A stretch of DNA of 64,000 bases from Dimorphilus gyrociliatus. Taxonomy: Eukaryota; Animalia; Annelida. The notes beneath the pieces are model-generated. The model did not search any database and had not been told where the DNA came from. It saw only the letters and a program-made list of their open reading frames with translations. Position numbers and translations under genes: made by a program. The stretch lies in NCBI GenBank assembly GCA_904063045.1, contig CAJFCJ010000005.1, positions 3,156,165 to 3,220,164 of the forward strand. The letters are read 5' to 3'. This document shows, piece after piece, positions 24,160-37,630 of this stretch. Position 1 is the stretch's first letter. Each line of letters opens with the position of its first letter.

Positions 24160-26081
24160 AACAGAGAGAGAGTAGGAGAGCCGTTAGAGAGGGTTTCATC
24201 GTATAAAATTATACGCCTTAACTCCTCCGATTTTGCCTGTAGAAATTTTTCTTCTGGAAGAAAAAAAAAGCCAGAAGAGAGAAAGTCAACCAATTCATTT
24301 TTACGACTGTTTGCAAGCTATAAATTATTGGAGGAAAATAGCAAAAAAGCATAAAAATCGTTGCACATTAGGGGAAATTTTCTATTTCATAACGACAATG
24401 TAAATACAATAGAAAACTTATTAATAATTTACATGTTTTTGTGCATTTAAACAAACGAGTATACGAAATAAACGTTTTACACATTAACAAGACGTACTTA
24501 TGCATAAATATATATATTTACCTTAAGTGTCTATGTATATATCATATACAATAAATTGGAATATAATATATATATATATATTAGTATATACATATTGCAT
24601 TTTATATTTTCTATGTTACGGAATTATAGCCGATAACTATGATTTACGATTGAAATGCGATAGGCTAGTGGAATATTCGAACTGATAATCAGTTTTTTTT
24701 AACGGCGTCTCTTTCTCTTTTATATGCAGCAACGGTGAACGAGGGAATCGGATGTTGCGGTTATATTCTAATGGCTATTTCCTGGTTTCTTATCATGATC
24801 ACATTACCGTTCTCTCTATGCTTATGCATAAAAGTAAGTCTGAACAGTTTGTTGGATCATCGTTGAATTAAAGTAGAAGTATTCAATTATCTTTATTGAT
24901 AAATGATCTGCGGTTTCCATTCGAAGAATGTAATATTGCTATACAGCTTGAAATCAATAACTTCTCTTTTTCTTGTAGGTTGTACAAGAGTACGAGAGGG
25001 CTGTCATATTTAGGCTGGGTAGGTACTCAAGATTACAAATATAATCCATCTTTGCTATTCTCTCCTTCGCCCGTAGGTCGCCTTCTACCCGGGGGAGCCA
25101 AAGGTCCAGGTTGGTAGAAAGATGATAAGTAAAGTTGACGGCGTTCCTTAACCGCTTTGACCCGCCTCTTTCTCTTAATTTCGTTTTCAGGACTTTTCTT
25201 TATATTACCATGCATGGATAGCTATACGAAAGTCGATCTAAGGACGGTCTCCTTTGATGTGCCACCACAAGAAGTAATTATTTAACGATTAATTCTGGGA
25301 TTACACCAAACTATAACTACATTTTGAAAATTGTAACAGGTACTGTCAAAAGATTCTGTAACCGTAGCTGTCGATGCTGTGGTCTATTATCGAGTACAGA
25401 ATGCGACAATAAGCGTTACAAACGTGGAGGACGCTGCTAGATCGACAAGACTACTTTCGGCAACTACTCTAAGGAATGTACTTGGCACCAAAAACCTTAG
25501 TGAAATTCTAAGTGAACGAGAGAATATTTCGAACACGATGCAGGCCAACTTAGACGAGGCAACAGATCCTTGGGGTGTCAAGGTGGAAAGAGTAGAAATG
25601 TAAGTTTCCTAATTAAGTTAGGGTTGACCTTCGATTTTCTCTGCAACTACCAATTTGAAAATCGAGTCCTTTCTGCAGAAAAGACGTTAGATTACCGGTA
25701 CAGCTGCAAAGAGCGATGGCTGCAGAAGCGGAAGCGGCTCGGGAAGCCAGAGCTAAGGTAAGTTAAATATCTAAACAATTTAAAAAAGACATTTCCTTCC
25801 AGAAGCTCGCAAGGCCACTTACAAGCTTCTCATTTTCTTAAGTAAAATCCAGAAGGATAATTTTTTTTCAAGGAAAATCTCTTTTTCCCTATTAGGTAAT
25901 AGCTGCTGAAGGAGAGCAAAAAGCGTCAAGAGCTTTAAAAGAAGCCGCTGAAGTCATGCAGGATTCGCCGTCCGCCTTGCAGTTGCGTTATCTACAAACA
26001 TTAAATACAATTTCGGCGGAGAAGAATTCGACTATTATTTTCCCATTGCCGATCGACTTGGTAAAAAACTTTTTAAAATGA
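23822..26081 (+). CDS. Stomatin / band 7 / MEC-2-like protein, paralog B
   Basis: Exons: 23822-23885, 24730-24833, 24979-25018, 25077-25109, 25191-25273, 25340-25599, 25679-25757 and 25896-26081. All are GT-AG and in phase. The SPFH domain is present and the protein ends [34 protein letters not shown]. Confidence 0.95.
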
Positions 26082-26421
26082 AAAGTCGTGTCTTTTTCCT
26101 GTGATTTTTTTTTCTTTTTTTTAATAACATCTTTTTCTGTTCTCCTTAAAACTTTAACCTTGTAAATATAATAAAATAAAAGACTACTTAGTGTTCTGTA
26201 AAATATGTCCATATATTGAAACAAACAAAAACTTTAATGAAAAGAGAATAATAATAAAAGAAGGAGCTCGATCTTCAAATCTTTTTTATTCTATTTTGTG
26301 TTTAATCTCGTGTCTAAAAGAACGTTCCCCGTATAATTCTAATAGCACGCTTCAAGAAATTCATTCGACTTTGATTAGCATCTTTAAGTTCATTTCATAT
26401 AAATTTCAGCATTTTGACTCT

Positions 26422-27193
26422 TTATTCAGTTTTTTCAGACTTTTCAGTCTTTTCAGTCTTCTCAGTCTTTTCAGCTTTAGCTTTTACTTTTGCCCTACCC
26501 AATGACACCAGCATCCCGGATGTTGTATACAACCAAACAACCTGTATGAAATGTATTAATATCATTTACTATTATTACTCATATGAATTGGACAAATAGT
26601 GGGCTCTTTTCCCCAGATACTATTATATTTAGTTACTTAGTTACACACAGTAGTCTACTTACCACAATTATCATTGCATGCATAAGTAATGGACCGGAAA
26701 ATGTAATAGATATAAATAAACCGTTACTATCGAAGTACTGTTCTTTCGAAAACAACCTAAATTTATTTGGAATTAATTAGAAGTATGTAAGCAAAGTTTT
26801 TGTTTAAAGAGAACTTACTTCCAATTAGCAGCTGCCCACTTGTTCACATTTTCAGCAAAATAAACCAGTATAACTGTAGAAGAGATTGCAAAATTAATAT
26901 TTATACTTCGACTATTAAGATTAAAATCTTCCTCTTAATAAGTTATCAATCTTGACTTACGGTATATGAAAAAGAGTGAGAATCTAGCGAGACCGTCTCG
27001 TTTCGTCAAACGCGTCAAGATAACAGCACCAAAGTGAAATGCGATCAATCCAATTAACCAGGGTTCGGTCCAATCGATCTGAATAATCGGACAAGGCTAT
27101 AAAAGTCATTTTTATAGGACGAAAGACGCATACTGTTGAAATATACGAGTAAAGACCAGTAATTTCTGGCATTTTTATAGGCCTTCTAGCCAT
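26422..27193 (-). CDS. TMEM18: Transmembrane protein 18 (5 small exons, not captured by the ORF track)
   Basis: Exons 27172-27134, 27078-26961, 26873-26819, 26756-26663 and 26541-26422 give [80 protein letters not shown].., about 140 aa. A second in-frame ATG lies at 27193. Confidence 0.93.
26425..26475 (-). repeat. Coding 9-bp minisatellite (GAAAAGACT)x5 in the TMEM18 last exon
   Basis: Encodes the C-terminal [16 protein letters not shown]. Confidence 0.85.
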
Positions 27194-27199
27194 GATATG

Positions 27200-27480
27200 G
27201 AAATAAAGTACGTGCTGTAAACAAGTGAAAAATGGCTTGTCACGTCAAATGGGCGATAATATACAAAACTCGTCTGTTGAGCTAACGGAGTCAGTTAGGG
27301 CGAGGAGAATTCTCTCTAAAATCAATTAGTATGAGATATATTCTTGGAAAAAATACACGTTTTGCATCAATCACGTTGCGCATGCGTAAAAGCGAAAATG
27401 AATACTTCCTAAAGGAATTGGCGCGGGTAGGAAACTGGGAATAGACTTTTTGGGTATATTTTGCAAGCTTTAATGGCGGC
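27200..27480. promoter_or_regulatory. Probable bidirectional promoter of TMEM18 and pericentrin
   Basis: CpG-richer island between divergent genes, with an NRF1-like TGCGCATGCG (27377-27386), an E2F-like TTGGCGCG (27418-27425) and a YY1-like ATGGCGGC (about 27474-27481). Confidence 0.5.
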
Positions 27481-28256
27481 TGCTGTAAACAAAATTAAAA
27501 AATCACAATAAAACTACTCACAAGTATTTTGTATTTTGTTTTTGCCTGCTTTCGTGCAGTTCTAAGTGCCTTAGCTTATTTATTTTTATTTCTACGTGAA
27601 AAGATTCTCAGGATCGAAGTACCTTTAAAAGTTTGTATTGCGCGCGTTTATTAATCAACGGCATACCATAGAATTTTTACGATTGCTATACGTTTATAGA
27701 TAGAGATAAGGATCATACGTTTAATAAATCGATCCCTATTATATTAAGGATTAAATTAGTCCTAAAAAATATTAAATAAAACCGGTGGATTTGTAGAAAG
27801 GCCTATAGAACTGCCCAGTTATAGCCTACTATGTTATTTGCAGAGCTATTTTTAAATATCTTGTATGGATGAATTCTGGCCTATTATTTAATTGTAGACT
27901 CGCATATCAAAGGTAAAATATTTCATACCTTAATAGACTTACTCAACTCGTCCCTAATTGAAGGAAATTTCTGAGTCAAATGCAAATATCAGGTGACTAT
28001 TTTTAGAGTCAATCATATATCACAATCTCTCTTTCTCTCGGAAGCGAGGAAGGATGAACTTCACTTTTAAATTCGAAAGCAATTTTTCTTATTAGATATT
28101 TATCTATTTGTTGAATAGTATACTAGTCATAATATAGTATATTTGTTGTAAATTATGATTAATGGGAAAATATATACTTTCCATTCATATCCCTTAATAG
28201 TTGTTGCAAAAATACTGTTTAGTACTTGCAGGTATTTCCTTCGAGAAATTTATATG

Positions 28257-28257
<1 letters not shown>

Positions 28258-28304
<47 letters not shown>
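28258..28304. repeat. (TA)n microsatellite
   Basis: More than 20 TA units in the pericentrin 5' region. Similar TA tracts occur near 21260, 37815, 47925 and 57500. Confidence 0.9.
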
Positions 28305-28319
<15 letters not shown>

Positions 28320-28406
28320 TAAGCTTAGATTAATAATTTCCAGTCTATTTGTCTTAATTAATAGACATTTTTATTATTCAAGGCTACTTTACCAAATGAT
28401 GAAAAT

Positions 28407-31400
28407 ATGGATAATTTAGAAAAGCGTTTAAAAAGTTATGAAGCTGAATTAGAAACTTCAGGAAAAAAGATAAGAGGCTTACTAGAGGAAAAAGAGGATT
28501 TAGGTAAGGAGATACAAGATTTGGAGAATCGTTTACGGATAGTCAGAGAAGAACATGAGAAAGAGGCTGAAGAAAAAAACTGTAAGTTGTTACCCTAATG
28601 TGTTTGTTAATAAAAAACAACCAATTTTAATGATAAGAAATCTAAAGAAACTCTTTTATACTGTATATAATGCCCGGGAAATATTTATTTATATTTTGTG
28701 CTTTTTTTTTCTCTCGCAAGCTACTAGCAGACTTTCTGTTTCTTTTTTCTTATTGCACAATTTTTAAGCTTTGTTCCATTTGATGAATTGGTTTTCTGAT
28801 ATATTCCGGCAATTCAATTTTTTTGTTTTCGTCAAGAATATTAAATTACAAAAATTATATAAAATATACACAATTTTTATTAGTAGATGTTAATATGTAT
28901 AGAGATGTGTAACGATATCTTCTATAATAGAAGGGGAAGTTTCTTTAATTAAGATTCGCCCGTATGTAATTTTTATTCACTTTCCTATGAACATATGGAT
29001 CTTTTGCAGAGCTGTTTGTGTTAAATAAGAAAGAATGATATTCGTGATATATTTCGTTTGCTGTTCCTTAATTCTCAACGTTATTTACATTCAGAGCCTA
29101 TATATTATTTAGTAAAAATTCAACTTTACCAGTCCTAGGATAAGATTTTCTATTTCTAATTTACGATGAAAGTTTCAATTGTTAATTTACATCATCAACA
29201 GTATCTGTTTTTGAAACTAATTATGCCAAATGGTCATACGTTACATTTAAATACGCGGTTTCTTTTTAACAGAAAAAATTATTGATTAACAAACTGAGAT
29301 AAGAGCCTATATACATAGAGTATATACTATAGGAAAACATTTTTCAGCGTAATGATTGTATGTTTAATAGTTTAAACTTGAAAAAAAATATCGATTGAGG
29401 ACCAGTTCAAACTTTTCTATTATAGATGAAATTGATCAATTGAAAAAGTCGCTTCAAGAAAGTCAAATTGAATTCCAAGCTCTGAAACAAACACTTAGTG
29501 GTATGGAGTCATCCGCATCTGATAAATTTACACGCGAATTTGTAGAAGATGCTCAAGAGATTTCACAGCAAGTCCTACCGGAACAGGAGTGCCTAATTGA
29601 AGATACATCAAAACCGCAAGCTAAATGGGATAGATTGTCCGAATTACTAGCAGAAAGTGTACAGAATATTATCTCCGTTGAAGATACGATTAATAAAGTC
29701 TTAAGTAGAGCTAGAAAAAATGAAGAAGATCATTCTTTCCTCTTTGACGAAGGCTTAGATCTCACTCAAAAATTAAGCGAAAGTGTTTTCTCTGGTGGAG
29801 AAATGGCTTCCGATGTGGAACAAATTGTTCAAGGTAGATTAATTATTTAGTCTAATTAGCATAATTAATTGTACTCATTGAAACTTTATTCTAATCTTTG
29901 AAATGATTTTAATCGCTAAGACTCAGGTTCACATTTGACAATGGCCATTGGCCGCTTAGTTGCACTCTACAATGATTCTGAATCTTCCTTGATGCAACAA
30001 GTCAAAACTGCACGAAACTTCTCTCAACAAGTTGAAAGGTTAAAGGAAGCTTTAAACGAAACAGAACTCAGAGCTAAGGAATTAGAGGAAGAGAGAAATC
30101 AATTGTCGATAAGTCTTCTTGAAGCCAATCAGTTATCAAACGATAAGGATGAGAAACTTCTACAGATAGAGGAGACTTTAAAGCTGATAAATGAAGAAAG
30201 AGGTATCTCCATACTTACATTTCAAAGAATTGTTTATATTATATAAGAAAGTAGACTGAATTTACCAAAGGATCTGTATATTTAGCTCTCATTTTATTAA
30301 TTGCACAGATCTGGCCGTCTCTGACTTAGAAAAGGTTAGTGGCCGTTTAGAGGAACTTCTTCGTGAAAGGGCAGAATTTGAAGAAAAGAAACAGATGTTT
30401 TATTTACAACAAAAAGTCATGGAAGAGAATGCGACTGACGAGGAAAGAGGTATGTCTTTATTAAATTTTGTAGTAATTATTACATTTTACAGTAATTAAT
30501 CATAATTTTTTTATTATAAAATTATATCAAAGTAACGAAATGGCGTTTCTGTAAATTGAGGTGTTATTAATTAGATAATTTAGAAATTTTTGCGATTTGT
30601 AATTGCAGTTACGACTTCTAATAACGGTGGGTTGTTTATTTGAAACTATTTTATCCAATAATATACAGTATATATATGGATTAATAAAGGAGAACTAAAT
30701 TAATCTTGCTAGCTTTCAAACTTAACTAATTGGGTTATTAGAGCAAAAAGTAAACAAAATCTATCACGTCTAATAAAGTTTAAATCATTTTATGTTTAAT
30801 ATATTATTATTTTGTTTTCTTTTTTCCCATGATAATAATATTAACGATCATCGCATGTGATTCTAAATGTTAATTTGCTTAATTAATCTAATAAATCCAA
30901 CGCGCTTTTTTATCAGGGGAATGAAACTTCGCTATATTTCATCTTTTTTTAACCTTCCAAAGCATTTACAAATATATTTTTCCTTAATTTTCTACTCTTA
31001 AAAAGGTATGATTGTTATTTTTTAACGATTAATAAAACAGGTCTACTAAATGCCTTTAACCGTTTGGTGGAAGAGACACAAGAAAAAGAAGTTGATTATC
31101 AAAGGTCAAGGAATGAGCTGGAAAATCGTATAAAAGAATTAGAAATAATGGTTGACGAAATGCAGGCCAACTTTGATCATATTTTGATAGAAAAAACGAA
31201 TGAAATTGATGACTTAAACAAACAACTAGATGCTAAAGATAAACAACTCCATTCTAGTACCAAATTTATGAAAGATCAAGCGGATGAGAGAGAACAAGAG
31301 AGAGAAGATTATGAAGAAGAGATATCAAAGTTAGAAAATAGCCTAAGAGATCATGAGAGAAGTAATTCTAGCCAGGATAGCTTACTCAAAGAAGTATATT

Positions 31401-34400
31401 TTATGGCATTTTCTATATAAAAGAACATAAGGTTTAAAGCTTTCCTTTATTCCCTGTAGATTAGAGATTTGGAAGGTCAGATAAATGAGTATAAAACTAA
31501 AGATCTTGAAAACAAGGAAACAACGAATCAATTAAAATTAGAATTACAAAAAGCTATAGAAAACTTACAGGTAAATAATTACATTTCAAAGGAAAAATTT
31601 TAAATTACTGTTTATATTTTCCATAAAAAAAGGAACAAAGAGATATGCATCGTGTTTTAGAGGAAGAATTAGACTCAGCGTCAAAGAATGAACATATCCT
31701 AAAAGATGTTTGTATTAACAACTATTTATCTTGCATTAACAGTAGTTACAAAAATTTACTCTCCTTAGAAAATATGTTTACTACAAGATGAGCTGGAAAG
31801 AGCTCAGCTGAAAACCGAGCCTATTAAAAATTCTTTTGAGGAAGAAAATAAATTGTCTCCTTCGCCGCAACAAGAACGAATTTTATCTGAATTACAAAAT
31901 GAGCTCGAAACTGCAAAAAGATCCGAGGAGAGTGCTCTAAAAAGGCTTAAAGAATTAGAAGATGAACTTAAAGTCGCTAGAAATAATGAAAAGATATTAT
32001 CTGCCGATAAGGATGCTTTGCATCATCAGTTATTGTCAAACATGAGTGCAATGTCAGAACTAAAGTCACAAGTGGACGATCTACGAGTTGGTTTTGTAAA
32101 CAGAGATTCTATGACCGAGGAAAATAGGAACCTAAAGGCTGACTTGTTAAAGGAAAGAGAAGAGTCAATGATAAAGCAAAACTATTTAGATCAATTGGAA
32201 TCAAAAGTTAAAGAATTAGAGTCCTCCCTTGGGGGAAAAGAGGAAAGATTTCAAGAAATTCTCAAATTGAGTGAAAAATCTGTTATTGATTTACAACAGA
32301 ATAAAAACCAATTACTGGACAAAATCGAAAGTCTTGAAACTGACAACGAAGATTTAGAGAGGCAAATGAGATCATTGAAAGAATCGTCTACCTTACCCGA
32401 TTTAACTCAAAAATTACTAGATGAAAAAAATCAAGAAATTGATGAACTTCGAGAAGATATAAATAATTTAAATGAAACTAGAAAAGAGGCTGAAAATCAA
32501 CTAGTTCAGAAGAAGGATAAGGAAATAGAAGATTTACGACTACAAATTAAGGAAATGCAAAATAGTATTGCAAAAGTTGAAACTTATAAAAAAGAATCAA
32601 CAGAACTTAAAGAGAAACTAATAGAGATGGAAGAATTACGCATTTATTTACAAGAAAATGAAAAGGAAAGAACTGTTTTGATTGAAAAAACAAATCAAAT
32701 TGACAAACTTTTGTTAAGTTTACAAGAACTTAAGAAGGAAAACTTGAAATTAAAGGAAAAGATTTTCGAAATTGAAGAACTGAAGCTGCTTAATACAGAG
32801 ACAAAGAAAGAAAATTTGCTATTAAAAGAAAACGTTGCTAAATTAACTGATATGAAAATTACTATTAAAGAATGTGAAGTAGAAAATAACGAATTAAAAA
32901 TGAGACTAACTGAAATGAAGGAAGTCGAGGTAGAACTCCAAAACAGAGAGATAAAATTACAGGAATTAATGGAGAGAATCGATAAAATTAAGGCTGAAAA
33001 ATCTCAAGAGTTGACCAAAGCCAAAGACGCTATAATTGAAATTAAGATTCAGTATGATAACACTATTAAAAGGTCTTCAGAACTAGAAGAAGAGTTACAA
33101 TTTACTCAAAATTGCTTAAAAGAAAAGGAAATTACTTTAAATAATGTAATGAAAGAATTAGAAGCTACTCGACCGTCTATTGTAGGCGCTGGTAGTGGAG
33201 ACGCCTCAAATATGCAGGAATTACAATCACAATTGAAGTTTCTTCAAAATGACTTGAATGGAAAAAGAACAAGAGTTGCATCTTTAGAAGAAGAATTAGA
33301 CGAAGCTAGTAACACTATAAGGGATTTGAAAAATCAACTAGGCTCTACAACGACCGCTTGCGATATCGAATTTGAACTTGAGTCAATAAAGAACGATTTA
33401 AAAAATAAAGAGGAGAATATCTGTAAGATAGAGCAGGATAATCTGGAAGCGAATAATATTATTAAAGAATTAACGGAAGAATTAGATTTAGCCAGAATAT
33501 CAACCTTAAATTTAAGCGATGAAATGCAATCTCTATTAGAAGTTGAACGTCATAAGGTGTTGTTATTGCAAAAAGAAAATAGTACCCTAAAAGAAAATCT
33601 AGTTGATTTGAAAAATGAATTAGAATATGTAAAATCTTCAAACTTAAAAGATTCTGGCATTGACGAAGACACTCAAACGCGTTTATTAACTTTAGAGAAA
33701 GAAAGAGACGAAGCAATAATTAAAATAAGAAATTTAGAAGCGGAATTGGAAGTTTTCAAAGACGATTTAGAATCACAAAAGTTTGATAAAGAAAATGCAT
33801 TAGAAGAATTGAGCTTTACGAAAAACTCTGAATTGGAAGAGCTTAAGCAAGATTTAGATGAAGCTAAAGCTGAGATTTTATTGCTAAAAGCTTCCCAAAA
33901 TTCAAATCATTCAGAACATATTCGAATCGATAAGCACGTCCGAGAACTTGACGGCATAAAATCTGTATATGAGCAAGAACTTAGTGAAGCTCGATTTAAA
34001 GTAAATCAATTAGAAAAACTTGTTGAAGCAAACCGAGAAAATGAGCAAACTCGGTCAGATATCAGTCGTTGTTTGTCGAAAGAGCTCGATCAGAGTCTCT
34101 CTTTAGACGCTCAATTGCAAGATTATCTTAGCATCGATAGCAGAGATGCAGATGAGAATGAAAGTGTTGAGGACGACGAACTCGATAGCAAATTACAAAA
34201 GGTTTTAAATAAGCTTATGTCCCATTCAGTTAAGGTTTTAACTTTGTCCGAAATTGAGTTCATATCCAAACAAAACTCAGATTCTGTTGTAAACGGAATA
34301 AAGAAATTAGAAATGAATGAAAATGTCACCGAAAATCACGTTGATGGTCTTATTTCGGCCGTTGATTCTCTTAGGGAAACCCTAGAAGATTTAAAATCTG

Positions 34401-37400
34401 ATAATGTAAATATTACTTTAAAGATATTCAATCAAATTCTTATCTTAATAACAAATATTATCATTTATTTAACAGCAACAAAACGATTGGAGAATGGAAA
34501 TTATACGTAAAATCTACGAAATTATTATAGCGGAGAAGAGAATTCTTCGAAAGGAATTATTGGCTTTTAGCCGCCCTACTCAATTAATCGAATTAGAACG
34601 ACGATTAAATAACACAATAACCGACCATAATAAAGTAATAAATGACTTAAAATCGACTGATAGAAAATCTTTATTAGACGAAATCGACGCAATACAATTA
34701 AAATTAACTGATTACGAAGAAAAAGAAAAGGACGAGATGACCAGAGAAATCTCTCAATTAAGGCGGCAATGTAAGCTATTTCCTATCCCGAGTTTATCTT
34801 CTTTAATTCTGTTTCCCTTTATATAAAAACTATATAGTGAAGTTGACCGAATATAAAGCTGACCAAGAAAAAGTTCAAACTGAAGACATTCGATTAACAT
34901 TGGCTGAAGAAAAATCAAAAAATAGAGATATAAGTGTTCAATTCTTTGCCGCCCAAAGCGAATTGACTGACCTAAAGTCGCAATATAACAACTGTAAGAA
35001 CGAGTTAATGAGAATTAGAGATACCTTGGAACTTGAAGAAGGAAAAGTAGTAACCGCAACGTAAGTACGATCAATACATTGTATTATACTTAATAGAAAA
35101 CTAAGAAAAGAAAGAGAGAGAGTGGGGCAGATGGTGATATCGCCTCGTTGTGAGGTTTAAATACTAGGCACTGCAATAAAAATGGCAATAAAGTAGAGAA
35201 TATATCAATCTAAATAGCTCTTTTTAGCAATCTTTTACGTAATTATTAATTTTGTTGCTTATACACTTTGAGACATATATTCTGTTTTATAACCTATTAG
35301 ATCTATCTTGGAACAATTATTGTAAGTTATTTCTATATGCATGATACCGAGAATGGAATATTCACGATGTTGTTTACGTCATCCTTTACAGTTGATACTT
35401 TCATTTATATTTACCCTAATGAAAATTCTTCTTGGTATCCAACATTTATGTTGTTAACCTTTTGTATTGAATATTTCAATGGATTTTAAAGACATATATT
35501 AATGTGATCCCGCTTCATTTAATAACCTTGTTTATTTTAACAGAAATTCTTTAGAAAGAGAAAGAAATCATGTAAGAGAATTGGAAACATTACTCCAAAC
35601 AGAAAAAGATAATGTCGATAAATTTAGCCTGGAGTTGAACGAGGAGAAAGAGAACTCTAAACGGGAAACTGAACGTTTACTTGCCAATTTTGAGTCTTTG
35701 CAGAAGGAAATCGAGAATGAAAAAATGGAACGAAAAGATACAGAGAATAGATTATATAAGGAAAAGAATCAAGTAGAATTATTGAAGAGAGATTTGGAAA
35801 ATGAAAAAGACCAATTAAGAGCCCTTCATAATAGATATAGCTCTCAATTAAACGATTCTAAAAAGAATATAGAAGATTTAAGAAGAGCTTTGGAAGAATG
35901 TCAAGGCACTTTAAACAAAGAGAGAAGTTTGACAATACAATATAAAGAATCTTTAGCAGAGGAGAGATCTACCAGAAGAAGGTTATCAGACAGAGAAACA
36001 ATTGTTTCAGAAGAATTGAAAACATCTCTGGAATTGCAAAAAGCAAAGGTAATTGGAAAGAAAATGTCAACCTTGCAGCTCATTTTTAATTATTATTCAA
36101 TGAATTTTTTTCCCTCATAATTTTAGGTTGAGAAGCTTGAAAGGGAAAATAACAACCTTAGAGATAGTCAAAGTCGTCAGCAAGAACTTATTAGCAAGTT
36201 GAAGTTTACCCAAGATGAACTTCGTAGGCGTCCACCGACGATAGAAATCGAAAAACTGCGACACAGAATAATTGAATTAGAAGCCCAGTCGCCAGCTGCT
36301 TACAAAAAGCGCTTAAGTACGACTAAGGAACAAATTAGAACGCTTTTAAATAGGAGCGAGGTCTCGCCCGATCCTAATATTAAGAATATGGCTCAAGATC
36401 TTATGGATGTACTGCAAGATTTGCAGAAGATTGAAGCAGATGTCCACGATCTGGGAAGCATAGATGATACAGTTGATTCGTCTCTTATTGAAGTTAATGA
36501 AGCCACAGCAAGATTGATAAGAGAATTAAAAGAGGAGGTAAAAAGCATGAAGATCACGGTTAGAGACTTATATTTTTTCAATGCTTTTACTGCAAATTGT
36601 TAATTAATTTTGTGTTTAAATAAAAACTACAGGTAAAAGATAAGGATGAAGAATTGCATAGGTTTAAGAAAAGGTACCGTAGCCAATTGACAGACACTGA
36701 AAGGTCGAAGTTAGAGAATGAAATAGTTATGTTGAGACGAGAATTACATATCGTAAAAAAACAGTTACATCATTGTGAACATCAAATGGAAAAGCAAAAG
36801 AAGAGTGACCCAGTAGTCTTTCGCCGGAAAATACGTGATGTTCATTTTAAGTATCTCAAAGCTGAGAGTTTAAGAAAATCGTTGGTTTATCAAAAAAAGT
36901 ATTTATTATTAATGTTGGGTGGTTATCAAGAAACTGAAGAAGAAACCCTACGCATTTTGGCTACTATGGGAGGGAGACCTGATAAAAAAACTTTAGTTTC
37001 AAAGCAAATTTCGCCTCGACACAGATTTAAGAGTATTGTTTGTGCTGTGTGTGCCATTTGGCGGCTAAAATTTTATGTTCGTCATTGGAAGAAGACAACA
37101 AGGAACGAGGGACAAGCTTTAAGTAGTGCCAATAATGGATATATACCAGTTAGTAATAGATAGTAAGTGTTGTAGATGGATTTTCTTTTTTTTTCCAGTT
37201 TAATTTCATATTCTCTTTTTTTAATGAAACTTCTTTATACATGCTTCTATATGTAGTCTTTTATGTGAAAAGATATTTTTTTATGAATATTAATCAATGA
37301 AGAAATATGAATTTTTATCTTGATTAAAAAAGAAAAAAACAAGCAAAACAAAATCGAGACAATACTTAATTTTCTCTCTTTAAAAAGAAATATAAAATAA

Positions 37401-37630
37401 TATCTTCATCACCTTGGTTACAACTACCCAATTACTTCTAAAGGCTCACCCCAATCATTGTAAAATACCCCAATTATCTATATTACTTTTTTAAATACAG
37501 TGAAGATGGAGAAGTTTGTTCTACTTCCTCTTCAACACCAACTATCTCGAGTTATCAAACAGATGAAGAAATGCATTCCTATTTGATAAGATTGGAGAAG
37601 TTACAGAAGAAATTACAACCCGTATTATAG
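28407..37630 (+). CDS. Pericentrin/AKAP9-family centrosomal coiled-coil protein with PACT domain
   Basis: About 14 exons of E/K/L-rich coiled coil, including the 2.6-kb exon at about 31770-34404. The conserved block MKDQADEREQERED is present. The PACT domain reads KYLKAESLRKSLVYQKKYLLLMLGGYQETE..RFKSIVCAVCAIWRLKF. The last exon ends SYLIRLEKLQKKLQPVL*. The 5' end is uncertain. Confidence 0.9.

Noticed and set aside
26414-26599. Plus-strand ORF with FSVFSVFSV repeat resembling a secreted peptide
   Set aside because: It is the antisense reading of the TMEM18 last exon and its 9-bp repeat.
26984-27193. Minus-strand 69-aa ORF
   Set aside because: It reads through TMEM18 intron 1 into the wrong frame. 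The spliced frame gives DWTEPWL.
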